Of a stretch of 64,000 nucleotides of DNA, positions 29,348 through 40,260 are shown one piece after another (the stretch's first letter is position 1; the number at the start of each line of letters is the position of its first letter). This DNA comes from Streptococcus parasanguinis (GTDB lineage: Bacteria; Bacillota; Bacilli; Lactobacillales; Streptococcaceae). A program made the translations under genes and the position numbers. The stretch lies in NCBI GenBank assembly GCA_018379295.1, contig JAGZVW010000003.1, forward strand, positions 6,111-70,110, given 5' to 3'. The notes under the pieces were generated by a model that saw only the letters and a list, made by a program, of their open reading frames with translations, searched no databases and had not been told where the DNA came from.

Positions 29348-30289
29348 ATGATTCAAGAAATTGCAAAAAAACTGATCCGTATGGGAAAGAAGGAAGAGGC
29401 TCAGGATCTTTACTTCATTCCTCGGAAGGAGGAGTACCAGGTTTTTATGAGGGTGGGAGACGAGAGGCGCTTTGTGCAGTCCTTCCCTTTTGAGGACATG
29501 ACGGCTATGATTAGCCACTTTAAGTTCGTGGCAGGGATGAATGTGGGAGAAAAAAGGCGCAGCCAGCTAGGGTCGTGTGATTACCCATTAGAGGATGGAG
29601 TGGTCTCGATTCGCTTGTCGACGGTGGGAGATTATCGTGGCTATGAAAGCTTGGTCATTCGGCTCTTGCATGATGAGGAACGTGAATTGCGGTTTTGGTT
29701 TGATCAGTTGCCAGACTTGCAGAAGAAATTGGCCGGTCGTGGTCTCTATCTCTTTGCAGGTCCTGTTGGTTCGGGAAAGACCACTCTCATGCATGCTTTG
29801 GCGCAAGAGCGCTTTGCGGACCAGCAAGTCATGTCTATTGAAGACCCTGTCGAGATCAAGCAGGATAATATGCTTCAGCTTCAGCTGAATGACCAGATCG
29901 GCATGACCTATGACAACCTGATCAAACTCTCCTTACGCCATCGGCCGGACCTTCTCATCATTGGAGAGATCCGAGATAAGGAAACAGCTCGTGCAGTCGT
30001 ACGAGCTAGTTTGACAGGAGTCACCGTCTTCTCTACTATTCATGCCAAGAGCGTTCGAGGTGTTTATGAGAGGCTCTTAGAACTTGGAGTGAGTGAGGAA
30101 GAGCTCAAGATTGTTTTACAAGGTATTTGCTACCAACGATTAATTGCAGGAGGAGGTGTGGTCGATTTTGCGACGGAAAACTACCAAGAGCACTCAGCCA
30201 GCCGCTGGAACCAACAAATGGATCTCTTGGCTCAATCGGGATATATCCAGCTGGCTCAGGCCCAAGCCGAAAAAATTATCTACCGCTAA
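29348..30289 (+). CDS. comGA: Competence pilus assembly ATPase ComGA/CglA
   Basis: RBS AGGAGG. Walker A 'GPVGSGKTT'. Strong similarity to pneumococcal CglA ('YFIPRKEEYQVFMRVGDERRF'). Confidence 0.95.
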   Translation: MIQEIAKKLIRMGKKEEAQDLYFIPRKEEYQVFMRVGDERRFVQSFPFEDMTAMISHFKFVAGMNVGEKRRSQLGSCDYPLEDGVVSIRLSTVGDYRGYESLVIRLLHDEERELRFWFDQLPDLQKKLAGRGLYLFAGPVGSGKTTLMHALAQERFADQQVMSIEDPVEIKQDNMLQLQLNDQIGMTYDNLIKLSLRHRPDLLIIGEIRDKETARAVVRASLTGVTVFSTIHAKSVRGVYERLLELGVSEEELKIVLQGICYQRLIAGGGVVDFATENYQEHSASRWNQQMDLLAQSGYIQLAQAQAEKIIYR

Positions 30290-31253
30290 ACAAAAGCAAA
30301 TCATCGAATTGTTTTTGAATCTTTATTCGAGTGGTTTTCACCTGTCTGAGATTGTCGATTTTCTGGATCGCTCTCACCTAGTGGAGAGTCGTTTGGTTTC
30401 CCAGATGCGAGAGGATCTCTCGCGGGGGCGGAGTTTTTCAGAGATGATGGCAGGGATCGGTTTTTCAGATGCAGTGACGACACAGCTGTCTCTCGCTGAG
30501 CTCCATGGCAATCTTGCATTGAGCTTGGAGAAAATCAGTGCTTACCTAGAAAACATGCGCAAGGTCAAGAAAAAGTTGATCGAGGTGAGCACCTATCCTC
30601 TCATCTTGCTTGGATTTTTAGTTCTAATTATGCTAGGCTTGCGCAATTATTTGCTTCCTCAAATGGATGCTCAAAATATTGGGACGCAATTGATCAGTTC
30701 CTTCCCCCAACTCTTTTTGGTCTTAGGAGCGGGACTGGTGGCCTTCTTTTTACTCGGATTTCTCTATTACCGCCAGTCAGGCAAGATCAACGTTTTTAGA
30801 ACCTTGTCTCATCTGCCTTTCGGAAAAGGCATGATTCAAGCTTATTTGACAGCCTATTATGCCAGAGAATGGGGCAATCTGATTGGGCAAGGATTGGAAT
30901 TGACTCAGATTTTTTCCATGATGCAGGACCAAAAATCCCAGCTTTTTCAAGAAATTGGAAGGGACTTAGCTCTTTCTTTAGATCGTGGCCAGTCCTTTTC
31001 AGAGACGGTCAGGGGGTATCCTTTTTTCAAAAAAGAATTGCCTCTTATGATTGAATATGGTGAAGTCAAATCAAAGCTCGGAAGTGAGCTAGAGATCTAT
31101 GCTGAAAAAACATGGGAAGATTTCTTTCGTCGGGTTCACAAGGCCATGAATGTAATACAACCCTTGGTGTTTGTCTTTGTGGCTCTTGTGATTGTGTTAC
31201 TCTATGCAGCCATGTTGCTGCCGATTTATCAAAATATGGAGGTTCGTTTATGA
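30144..31253 (+). CDS. comGB: Competence pilus platform membrane protein ComGB/CglB
   Basis: Similarity to CglB starts near aa 30 of this ORF ('...KLSTAKQKQIIELF'), so the true start is probably ~30230-30255 and overlaps the comGA 3' end. No canonical start codon is visible there. Confidence 0.85.
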   Translation: MQEEVWSILRRKTTKSTQPAAGTNKWISWLNRDISSWLRPKPKKLSTAKQKQIIELFLNLYSSGFHLSEIVDFLDRSHLVESRLVSQMREDLSRGRSFSEMMAGIGFSDAVTTQLSLAELHGNLALSLEKISAYLENMRKVKKKLIEVSTYPLILLGFLVLIMLGLRNYLLPQMDAQNIGTQLISSFPQLFLVLGAGLVAFFLLGFLYYRQSGKINVFRTLSHLPFGKGMIQAYLTAYYAREWGNLIGQGLELTQIFSMMQDQKSQLFQEIGRDLALSLDRGQSFSETVRGYPFFKKELPLMIEYGEVKSKLGSELEIYAEKTWEDFFRRVHKAMNVIQPLVFVFVALVIVLLYAAMLLPIYQNMEVRL

Positions 31254-31567
31254 AAAAATTAAAAACCTATAAGGTTAAGGCCTTTACACTTATTGAAATG
31301 TTGGTGGTCTTATTGATCATCAGTGTGCTCTTATTGCTCTTTGTGCCGAATTTGACCAAGCAAAAAGACTCCGTGAAAGAGACAGGAAATGCAGCGGTTG
31401 TGAAGGTGGTCGAAAGTCAGGCTGAATTGTACGAGCTCAATCATACCAATGACCAAGCCACTCTATCAAAGCTAATTGCTGATGGAAATATTACCAACAA
31501 ACAAGCAGAATCTTATCGTGCCTATTATGCGAAAAATAGTGGAGAAACTCGTGCGGTTGCAGATTAA
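31250..31567 (+). CDS. comGC: Major competence pilin ComGC/CglC
   Basis: Type IV pilin prepeptide 'KAFTLIEMLVVLLIIS'. ATGA overlap with comGB. Confidence 0.9.
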   Translation: MKKLKTYKVKAFTLIEMLVVLLIISVLLLLFVPNLTKQKDSVKETGNAAVVKVVESQAELYELNHTNDQATLSKLIADGNITNKQAESYRAYYAKNSGETRAVAD

Positions 31568-31961
31568 GGCCTTCACCTTGGTGGAGACTCTTCTGACCTT
31601 GATGATCGTCAGTTTTATCTATCTGGGCTTATCGGGATCGATCAAGACGAGCTTTCAGCAGGTGGAAGAAAAAGTATTTTTTGCAGAGTTTGAACACCTC
31701 TATCAAGAAAGCCAGAAAATAGCGCTGGCAAGGCAAACGGAATTGGATGTTGAAGTGACTGCAAGGAAGATTCAAACGCCTTACCAGACGGTGGAGATTC
31801 CTGATTCTGTCATTTTGCAAGATCCTAAAACTATTCGTTTAGACCGTGCAGGTGGCAATTCATCCCTGGCCAATGTTCACTTTCAGACACAGAGAGGAGT
31901 GGTGACCTATCAGCTTTCGCTTGGAAATGGGAAAATTAAAAAAAGCATCCGTTCCCGCTAG
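31554..31961 (+). CDS. comGD: Minor competence pilin ComGD/CglD
   Basis: 'QIKAFTLVETLLTLMIVSF' with a TTG start overlapping comGC. Confidence 0.8.
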   Translation, partial: RLQIKAFTLVETLLTLMIVSFIYLGLSGSIKTSFQQVEEKVFFAEFEHLYQESQKIALARQTELDVEVTARKIQTPYQTVEIPDSVILQDPKTIRLDRAGGNSSLANVHFQTQRGVVTYQLSLGNGKIKKSIRSR

Positions 31962-32214
31962 TATTCTCATAGAATCTTTGGTAGCCTTGGGTTTATTTGC
32001 CATGATTACGACCTTATTGTTAGGGGAGATCCGGCGTTCGCGCAAGGAGCGACTAGCGGATTTCAAAGAGGTAGAGGTCTTATCTGTCGCTCAAATGGCG
32101 CTTCAGACAGGGCAAAATCATCTAGAGGCCAATGGCATTCAGGTTCAAGTCGAAAAAGATGCCGATCAACTCACGGTCTATCATCAAGGGAAGGTGGTAC
32201 TGCATGTGGAATAA
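31921..32214 (+). CDS. comGE: Minor competence pilin ComGE/CglE
   Basis: 'ILIESLVALGLFAMITTLL' pilin-like N-terminus. Confidence 0.75.
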   Translation: MEMGKLKKASVPASILIESLVALGLFAMITTLLLGEIRRSRKERLADFKEVEVLSVAQMALQTGQNHLEANGIQVQVEKDADQLTVYHQGKVVLHVE

Positions 32215-32656
32215 CGGAAAGGTCAAGGCCTTTACCCTGCTCGAAGCCTTGGTCGCTCTCTTGGTGCTCAGTGGGGGAGTGTTGGTCTTTCAAGGCTTGA
32301 CCAAGCTCCTGCATGCTGAATTGGACTACCAGGCACATCAAAAGCAGGAAGAATGGATACTTTTTCAGCAACAATTGCAGGTGGAATTGGATCGGAGTCA
32401 TTTTGAAAAAGTAGCGGACAATCATATCTACTTGGTTCAGGATCAAAAACCAATTGCCATTGGTCAATCGAAAGGGGATGATATCCGAAAAACAGATGAT
32501 AAGGGCAGGGGCTATCAGCCTATGATTTCAGGGGTTCACTCTAGTCAGATTTGGCAGGAGGGAGAGTCGCTTCATCTGCGGTTGAATTTTGAAGATGGTC
32601 TAGAAAGGGAGTATGTCTACCATGTGGTACCAGCGATACAAAATGAAAAAAGTTAA
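32204..32656 (+). CDS. comGF: Minor competence pilin ComGF/CglF
   Basis: 'KVKAFTLLEALVALLVLSGG', similar to CglF. Confidence 0.8.
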   Translation: MWNNGKVKAFTLLEALVALLVLSGGVLVFQGLTKLLHAELDYQAHQKQEEWILFQQQLQVELDRSHFEKVADNHIYLVQDQKPIAIGQSKGDDIRKTDDKGRGYQPMISGVHSSQIWQEGESLHLRLNFEDGLEREYVYHVVPAIQNEKS

Positions 32657-33080
32657 GGCTGGTGTCTTGCTTTACGCTCTCTTGATGGCAGCGATTTTTA
32701 GTCTCTTGCTTCAGTTTTACCTGCACCGTCAGGTTGCGGAAAGACGAATCTTAAAGACGAGTCAAGATCGCCTTCAGGCCTATGCTTTGGTGCAAATGGC
32801 TCTTGAAAAGAGAAAGAGTGATGAGAAGACATCAGAGATTCATTTAAAATCTGGAACCGTTCAGCTAAAGAAGGATACTGGTTTTCTTCATGCCCAGGCT
32901 GAGATGGATGGCGAAAGCTATGAGTTTGTCCTTCCAGTAAGGGAAGAAAAAGAAAGTAAGAAGAGCCAAAAAGAAAAGAAGAAGACACAGAAAGATAAGG
33001 AGAAGGCAGGGAGCGAAACGCCTTCTGAAGAGACGCTAAACGAGACCAAGGAACCATCAGAAAATAGCGAAAAAGACTAA
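32643..33080 (+). CDS. comGG: Minor competence pilin ComGG/CglG with a Lys/Glu-rich C-terminus
   Basis: 'MKKVKAGVLLYALLMAAIFSLLLQFYL' is near-identical to the CglG N-terminus. Confidence 0.8.
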   Translation: MKKVKAGVLLYALLMAAIFSLLLQFYLHRQVAERRILKTSQDRLQAYALVQMALEKRKSDEKTSEIHLKSGTVQLKKDTGFLHAQAEMDGESYEFVLPVREEKESKKSQKEKKKTQKDKEKAGSETPSEETLNETKEPSENSEKD

Positions 33081-33110
33081 TTTTTGGTATGATAGGGTGC
33101 GGAGGAAATC

Positions 33111-34064
33111 ATGAATTTCGAAAAAATTGAACAAGTCTATACCTATCTATTAGAAAACACTCAAAGTATTCAAAATGAATTGTCGACCAACTTTTATGAC
33201 GCCTTAATTGAACAGAATGCCATGTATTTGGATGGCAAGACGAATCTAGACATCGTTAAAAACAATAGCAAAAAATTAAAAGAACTAGGTTTAAGTAAGG
33301 AAGAATGGCGCAGAGCCTACCAATTCCTTTTTATGAAAGCTGCTCAGACAGAACCTTTACAAGCGAATCACCAGTTCACACCAGATGCGATTGGTTTTAT
33401 CATTACATTTTTGATCGATCAGTTGGCCAAAGGCGACCAATTGGATGTCTTAGAAGTGGGAAGTGGAACCGGAAATCTCGCTGAGACCATTGTCAACAAT
33501 AGCCGCCTCACGATTGATTACTTAGGATTGGAAGTGGATGATCTCTTGATTGATCTATCTGCTAGTATCGCAGATGTGATGGAGTCTAGCGTTGTCTTTG
33601 CACAAGGCGACGCGGTGCGTCCACAAGTGTTGAAAGAAAGTGACTTGATCGTTAGCGACTTACCGATTGGCTATTATCCAGATGATGCGATTGCACAGCG
33701 CTATCAGGTGGCGAGCTCCGAAGGCCATACCTATGCTCATCACCTCATGATGGAACAGGCTCTGAAATACCTGAAACCTCAAGGAGTAGCCATCTTTTTG
33801 GCTCCAAATAACCTCTTGACGAGCCCTCAGAGTGATCTGTTGAAAGCTTGGCTAACAGACAAGGCTCAAATCCTTGCCATGCTGACCTTGCCAGAATCTC
33901 TTTTTTCAAATCCCGCCTATGCTAAGACGATTTTCGTCCTACGAAAACAAGAAGAAGAGTCTGTTCAGCCCTTTGTCTATCCTTTTACCGATCTCCAGGA
34001 TCAAGACCAGGTGGTTCACTTTATGGAAAGTTTCCAAAACTGGTTAAAGGATAGTGAAATTTGA
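33111..34064 (+). CDS. Class I SAM-dependent methyltransferase (YtxK/ComYH-like, N6-adenine MTase fold)
   Basis: 'LEVGSGTGNL' SAM motif and a 'DLPIGYYP' (D/N-PP-Y-like) motif. It sits between comGG and ackA as in the S. mutans comY operon. Confidence 0.8.
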   Translation: MNFEKIEQVYTYLLENTQSIQNELSTNFYDALIEQNAMYLDGKTNLDIVKNNSKKLKELGLSKEEWRRAYQFLFMKAAQTEPLQANHQFTPDAIGFIITFLIDQLAKGDQLDVLEVGSGTGNLAETIVNNSRLTIDYLGLEVDDLLIDLSASIADVMESSVVFAQGDAVRPQVLKESDLIVSDLPIGYYPDDAIAQRYQVASSEGHTYAHHLMMEQALKYLKPQGVAIFLAPNNLLTSPQSDLLKAWLTDKAQILAMLTLPESLFSNPAYAKTIFVLRKQEEESVQPFVYPFTDLQDQDQVVHFMESFQNWLKDSEI

Positions 34065-34115
34065 TCAAAGATCTGATATAATAGAGGAAGTGAAAACGCT
34101 TAATGAGGTGAATAT

Positions 34116-35309
34116 ATGTCGAAAACAATTTCTATTAATGCAGGAAGCTCTAGTTTGAAATGGCAATTGTACCAAATGCCAGAGGAAACTGTTCTTGCAA
34201 AAGGGTTGATTGAACGGATCGGTTTGAAAGATTCTATTTCAACTGTTAAATTTGATGGACGCTCTGAAAAACAAGTATTAGATATCCAGGACCATACACA
34301 AGCTGTAAAAATTTTGTTGGATGATTTGATTCGTTTTGATATTATCAAATCCTACGATGAGATTACAGGTGTGGGCCACCGCGTCGTTGCTGGTGGAGAA
34401 TACTTTAAGGATTCTGCCTTGGTAGATGACGAAGTCCTTCGAAAAGTAGAAGAATTGTCTTTGTTAGCACCTCTTCATAATCCTGCAAATGCAGCTGGAA
34501 TTCGCGCCTTTAGAGAGATTTGTCCAAATATTACCAGTGTTGTGGTATTTGATACTTCTTTCCATACAACCATGCCGGAAAAAGCTTATCGTTACCCTCT
34601 TCCAACCAAATATTACACAGAAAATAAGGTCCGTAAGTACGGTGCTCATGGAACCAGTCATCAGTATGTAGCGGGTGAAGCTGCTAAACTTCTTGGAAAA
34701 CCATTAGAAGAATTGAAATTGATCACCTGCCACGTTGGAAATGGTGTATCTGTTACAGCGGTTGACAAGGGAATCTCTGTCGATACCTCAATGGGCTTCA
34801 CCCCTCTAGGTGGAGTCATGATGGGAACCCGTACAGGGGATCTCGATCCAGCGATTATTCCTTACTTGATGGAACATACAGAGGATTTCAATAAACCTGA
34901 AGATATCAGCCGTATCCTCAATCGTGAATCAGGTCTTCTGGGTGTTTCTGGATCTTCTAGTGACATGCGGGATATCCATACAGCGATGCACAATGGAGAC
35001 GAAAAAGCTAAATTGGCTTACGATATCTTTATCGATCGTTTGCAAAAATACATCGGTCAATACTTAGCAGTCTTGAATGGTGCAGATGCCATCATCTTTA
35101 CAGCAGGAATCGGTGAAAATGCAGTAAATGTTCGTTCTTCTATTATCAATGGAATCAGCTGGTTTGGCTGCAAGGTCGACCCTGAAAAGAACGTCTTTGG
35201 AGTTGTCGGAGATATTTCTACAGATGATTCCCGTGTGAAGGTATTGGTGATTCCAACGGATGAAGAGTTGGTGATTGCGCGTGACGTTGAACGTTTCAAA
35301 AATCAGTAA
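34116..35309 (+). CDS. ackA: Acetate kinase
   Basis: '[15 protein letters not shown]' N-terminus; 397 aa. Confidence 0.95.
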   Translation: MSKTISINAGSSSLKWQLYQMPEETVLAKGLIERIGLKDSISTVKFDGRSEKQVLDIQDHTQAVKILLDDLIRFDIIKSYDEITGVGHRVVAGGEYFKDSALVDDEVLRKVEELSLLAPLHNPANAAGIRAFREICPNITSVVVFDTSFHTTMPEKAYRYPLPTKYYTENKVRKYGAHGTSHQYVAGEAAKLLGKPLEELKLITCHVGNGVSVTAVDKGISVDTSMGFTPLGGVMMGTRTGDLDPAIIPYLMEHTEDFNKPEDISRILNRESGLLGVSGSSSDMRDIHTAMHNGDEKAKLAYDIFIDRLQKYIGQYLAVLNGADAIIFTAGIGENAVNVRSSIINGISWFGCKVDPEKNVFGVVGDISTDDSRVKVLVIPTDEELVIARDVERFKNQ

Positions 35310-35381
35310 ACTGTAATAAAGAGAGAAGGCTGGAGGCGAAAGCCCCAGTCTTCTTATTTTATACAAGAAAGAGGTTGTCCA

Positions 35382-36113
35382 TTGAAAAATATACAGTCAT
35401 TTGTTCGAAAGCACCCATTATGTAAGAATGCCCTCTGGCTCCTTCTTTTTGTGCCCTTATTCTTTCTCTCACAATTCCCCCTCATCACCATGGTTTATTC
35501 CCTTCAAGAAGGAATGGATGCAAGGTGGGTCACTATCCTCACTCTCTTGGTGACAGTGGCGGTGCTATTTATTTTTTATATAGTCATCAAAAAGAGCCCT
35601 CTGGAGAACTTAGATGCTCGGGTTATAACCTGGCCGTCTTTGGGGAGAAATTTTCTTTTTCTTCTCTTGTTGATGGCTAATAACCTGCTCGCCTATCCCT
35701 TGTTGAAACAAGAGGCAGGTGGTACGACGGCAAACCAAGCGGCTCTGAATGAACTGCAATCTCATGCTCCTTTTCTTGCTATGGGCATGGTCGTGATCCT
35801 TGTTGCTCCGATTCTAGAAGAGCTGCTCTGTCGGGCCATTATCCCTCGTTTGATCTTTCGAGGGGCAGAACCAATCGGTTATCTAGCCGGTGCTCTCTTT
35901 TTTACGTACTTGCATGGACCGAGTACCCTAGGGGAGTGGGTAGCTTACGGAGGCATGTCCTTGATCTTAACTTGGGTGGCTTATCGCTATAAGCGGATCG
36001 AGTATAACATTTGCCTTCATATGACCTTGAATGCGCTAGCTTATTATTATCCGGTGGTCATACTCCTTTGTTTATTGCCAGTATGGAGAGTTTTCTTCCA
36101 TGATAAATTATGA
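35382..36113 (+). CDS. CPBP-family intramembrane metalloprotease (CAAX protease/Abi fold)
   Basis: TTG start. 'ILEELLCRAIIPRL' (EExxxR) and 'FTYLHG' motifs. 243 aa, multi-TM. Confidence 0.75.
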   Translation: MKNIQSFVRKHPLCKNALWLLLFVPLFFLSQFPLITMVYSLQEGMDARWVTILTLLVTVAVLFIFYIVIKKSPLENLDARVITWPSLGRNFLFLLLLMANNLLAYPLLKQEAGGTTANQAALNELQSHAPFLAMGMVVILVAPILEELLCRAIIPRLIFRGAEPIGYLAGALFFTYLHGPSTLGEWVAYGGMSLILTWVAYRYKRIEYNICLHMTLNALAYYYPVVILLCLLPVWRVFFHDKL

Positions 36114-36241
36114 TAAAATGGTAGGTACCAATGAGTTTTGATGCAGAACCATCCTACAGAAGGTCAGAAATCCGTATGGAGAGTAGACTCAGAGGTTTAG
36201 AACACTTGTTCTAGCCTCTTTTGTTCGCAATCATGCTGTAG

Positions 36242-37216
<975 letters not shown>

Positions 37217-38527
37217 ATGAAGACAAAAGAACATCAGTTGGATCTTCGTTGGCTAGAGGCCTATCGTTCCCAAGATCCACATTTCGGCTTGGAGCGCATG
37301 GAAGCTCTCTTGGCTTTGAGAGGAAATCCTCACCTAGACTGTCGGGTCATCCATATTGCGGGGACCAATGGCAAAGGCTCTACCATTGCCACCTTGTCCC
37401 AACTCTTGAGGCAGGCAGGTTTACGAGTTGGAGTCTTTACCTCTCCTTATCTGATCCATTACAATGACCAAATCACCATTAATGGCGAAGCCATTTCGGA
37501 TCAAGACCTGCAAACCTACCTGGATAGTTACCAGCAACTCCTGGAAGCTGAACAATCAAGGGCTGTTTTTCAAGGGTTGACGGAATTTGAAGTGATGACG
37601 GCCATCGCCTATGATTATTTTGCTCACGAGGAGCTGGATTATGTGATCATGGAAGTCGGTATGGGGGGACGACTAGACAGTACCAATGTCTGTCAGCCTG
37701 TTCTGACGGCGATCACTTCGATTGGCTTGGATCATGTCGCCCTTCTTGGGCCAGATCTGGCTTCCATCGCCCGTGAAAAGGCAGGCATCATTAAGCCAGG
37801 AATTCCTCTGGTTCTAGGGAAATTAGAAGCAGAAGCCAGCCAAGTCATTGAAGGCATTGCGATTCAGAAGCAGGCACCGATAACAGCCTATGACAGAGAT
37901 TACCAAGTTGAGCTAGAGGCCTCTTGTCTATCGGGCCAATCCTTTTCTTATCACAGTTCCAAAAGAGAAACAGCCTCCTATCAAGTAGCGCTCTTAGGTC
38001 ATCACCAGGCTAGAAATGCAGCTCTTGCGATCAGTATCTGTGATGTACTTTTTGAAAGAGAAGGGCGTGAACTCTTGTCAAGAGAGTTAGTGGATGAGGC
38101 CTTGCATCAAGTCGTCTGGCCTGGCCGGATGGAAGTGGTCTCGCAAAATCCCATGATCTTACTAGATGGGGCCCATAACCCCCATGCCGTTGCGCCTTTG
38201 ATCGCAAGTCTTCGGGAACTGTTCCCAAGTCAAAATAAGACCATTCTTTTTACCTGCATCCGGACCAAAGCCTTAGAAGAGATGCTCATTCAGTGGCAGG
38301 AACTAGAAAATAGTCGCTTGATCCTCACGAGCTTTGAAGATCCAAGAGCTTATTCTCAAGAAGAGATAAGAGCTGCTGCGAAAAACCATCAGCTTGAGGA
38401 AGTCAACTGGCAAGAGTTTCTACAAAACTGGCAAGCTGAAGGCAATGAGCTCCTCATTGTAACGGGGTCGCTCTACTTCCTTAGCCAGGTACGACCTTAT
38501 TTATTAAAAACAGAAAAATCCAACTAG
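37217..38527 (+). CDS. folC: Dihydrofolate synthase / folylpolyglutamate synthase
   Basis: '[11 protein letters not shown]' P-loop; 436 aa. Confidence 0.9.
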   Translation: MKTKEHQLDLRWLEAYRSQDPHFGLERMEALLALRGNPHLDCRVIHIAGTNGKGSTIATLSQLLRQAGLRVGVFTSPYLIHYNDQITINGEAISDQDLQTYLDSYQQLLEAEQSRAVFQGLTEFEVMTAIAYDYFAHEELDYVIMEVGMGGRLDSTNVCQPVLTAITSIGLDHVALLGPDLASIAREKAGIIKPGIPLVLGKLEAEASQVIEGIAIQKQAPITAYDRDYQVELEASCLSGQSFSYHSSKRETASYQVALLGHHQARNAALAISICDVLFEREGRELLSRELVDEALHQVVWPGRMEVVSQNPMILLDGAHNPHAVAPLIASLRELFPSQNKTILFTCIRTKALEEMLIQWQELENSRLILTSFEDPRAYSQEEIRAAAKNHQLEEVNWQEFLQNWQAEGNELLIVTGSLYFLSQVRPYLLKTEKSN

Positions 38528-38535
38528 GAGATGAT

Positions 38536-39090
38536 ATGGATACAAAGAAAATTGAAGAAGCAGTGAAAATGATCATCGAGGCAGTCGGTGAAGATGAGAA
38601 CCGTGAGGGACTTCAGGAAACGCCGACCCGCATTGCCAAGATGTACCAAGAAATCTTTGCAGGATTAGGGCAGACAGCAGAAGAGCACCTGTCTAAATCA
38701 TTTGAAATCATTGATAACAATATGGTGGTCGAGAAGGATATCTTCTTCCATTCCATGTGTGAGCATCACTTTTTACCATTTTATGGAAAAGTGCACATTG
38801 CCTACATTCCAAATGGCCGTGTGGCTGGGCTTTCCAAACTGGCTCGTACGGTCGAAGTTTACGCTAAAAAACCACAGATTCAGGAACGTTTGACGGTAGA
38901 AATCGCAGATGCCTTGATGGAATATCTTGGAGCACAAGGAGCACTTGTCTGGGTAGAAGCAGAGCATATGTGTATGAACATGCGTGGTGTCCGTAAACCT
39001 GGGACCGCTACAGTGACAACTGCTGCGCGTGGACTGCTTGCGACAGATAAAGACTTAAAAAATGAAGCCTATAAACTCATGGGCCACTAA
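38536..39090 (+). CDS. folE: GTP cyclohydrolase I
   Basis: '[22 protein letters not shown]' signature. Confidence 0.95.
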   Translation: MDTKKIEEAVKMIIEAVGEDENREGLQETPTRIAKMYQEIFAGLGQTAEEHLSKSFEIIDNNMVVEKDIFFHSMCEHHFLPFYGKVHIAYIPNGRVAGLSKLARTVEVYAKKPQIQERLTVEIADALMEYLGAQGALVWVEAEHMCMNMRGVRKPGTATVTTAARGLLATDKDLKNEAYKLMGH

Positions 39091-39106
39091 TGGCTGGCTA
39101 TAAGAG

Positions 39107-39925
39107 GTGAACAGAGTGGATCAATTACGGATCAAGGACTTAGAGGTATACGCCTATCACGGTGTTTTCCCAGCAGAAAAAGAATTAGGACAACGCTTTG
39201 TCCTAGACCTATGGGTAGATTATGAGATGACTCGTGCTGCCCGCACAGGTGATTTGGAAGCTTCGATCCATTACGGGATCTTGGCGGAACAGTTGACCGA
39301 GTGGATGCAGGCAGAAAAGATTGATCTGATTGAAACGGTGGCCTTTCAATTGGTTCAAAAGATTTTCGAAAGCTATGCCTTCGTAGAAAAAGTTCGTCTG
39401 GAGTTGAAAAAACCTTGGGCTCCTGTTCCCTTGCCACTCGAGACTTGTTCGGTGACAATCGAACGGGAGAAAAAACGGGCCTTTATTGGGCTTGGCACCA
39501 ATATGGGAGATAAACAACTGCAACTAGAGACGGCGCTAGAAAAACTCAAGGATCGAGGCATTCGCCTTCTTCAGACATCCACAAGGATTGAAACAGAACC
39601 CTGGGGAGGAGTGGAGCAGGACACCTTTTTGAATCAGGTGGCAGAGGTTGAAACCTGGATGACCCCAGAGGATTTATTAGAGACCTTACTTGCCATTGAG
39701 CAGGAAATGGGGCGTGTCCGTGAGGTCAAGTGGGGGCCACGTGTGATCGATCTAGATCTGCTCTATATGGAGGACACCATTTGTTACAGTCCGAGCTTGA
39801 TCTTGCCACATCCTTATGTGGCAGAACGTGCCTTTGTCCTAGAGTCTTTGAATGAAATTGCTCCTCATTTTGTGGACCCTGTTCAAAGAAAGCCAATTCG
39901 CCAATTATGGGATGCCGTCAAATAG
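39107..39925 (+). CDS. folK: Bifunctional dihydroneopterin aldolase / 6-hydroxymethyl-7,8-dihydropterin pyrophosphokinase (FolB-FolK fusion)
   Basis: GTG start. The N-terminal FolB fold and C-terminal HPPK '[10 protein letters not shown]' correspond to pneumococcal SulD. Confidence 0.9.
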   Translation: MNRVDQLRIKDLEVYAYHGVFPAEKELGQRFVLDLWVDYEMTRAARTGDLEASIHYGILAEQLTEWMQAEKIDLIETVAFQLVQKIFESYAFVEKVRLELKKPWAPVPLPLETCSVTIEREKKRAFIGLGTNMGDKQLQLETALEKLKDRGIRLLQTSTRIETEPWGGVEQDTFLNQVAEVETWMTPEDLLETLLAIEQEMGRVREVKWGPRVIDLDLLYMEDTICYSPSLILPHPYVAERAFVLESLNEIAPHFVDPVQRKPIRQLWDAVK

Positions 39926-39965
39926 TCTCTCTTCTTTGCATCATAAAAAAACAATCCCTGCTCTA

Positions 39966-40215
39966 GGAATTGTTGAGATTGAAGACAAAGTCTTCTTAAA
40001 AAACTTTCCTTAGGTGAGTACGGACGTCAGCGAACTTCTATGAAGTTCCATGACTAATTATTGAGCCTAAGGTCTCAATAATTCCGAGTGCCTGAAACTG
40101 AGTCGTTTCAGGCACTTTTCTCACGGCGGAAAGTTTCATTAGATGACTGAATAACTATAACGAGTATAATTTTTAAAGAATTGATTGGATTTTATAAAAG
40201 ATTCGTTTCTCTACG
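39966..40215. repeat. Composite BOX element (~250 bp) inserted in the folK terminator
   Basis: Its 5' module is shared with 6997-7040. It contains 'acgtcagcg' (boxA-like) and several internal hairpins. It is flanked by halves of a split terminator stem ('acaatccct'). Confidence 0.65.
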
Positions 40216-40250
40216 CTCTCAACAATCCCTCGAGCAGGGATTGTTTTTGT
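40216..40250 (+). terminator. Terminator of the fol operon (intact copy, downstream of the BOX insertion)
   Basis: 'acaatccctcgagcagggattgtttttgtttg': perfect 9-bp stem plus T-run. Confidence 0.75.
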
Positions 40251-40260
40251 TTGTCTCAGT

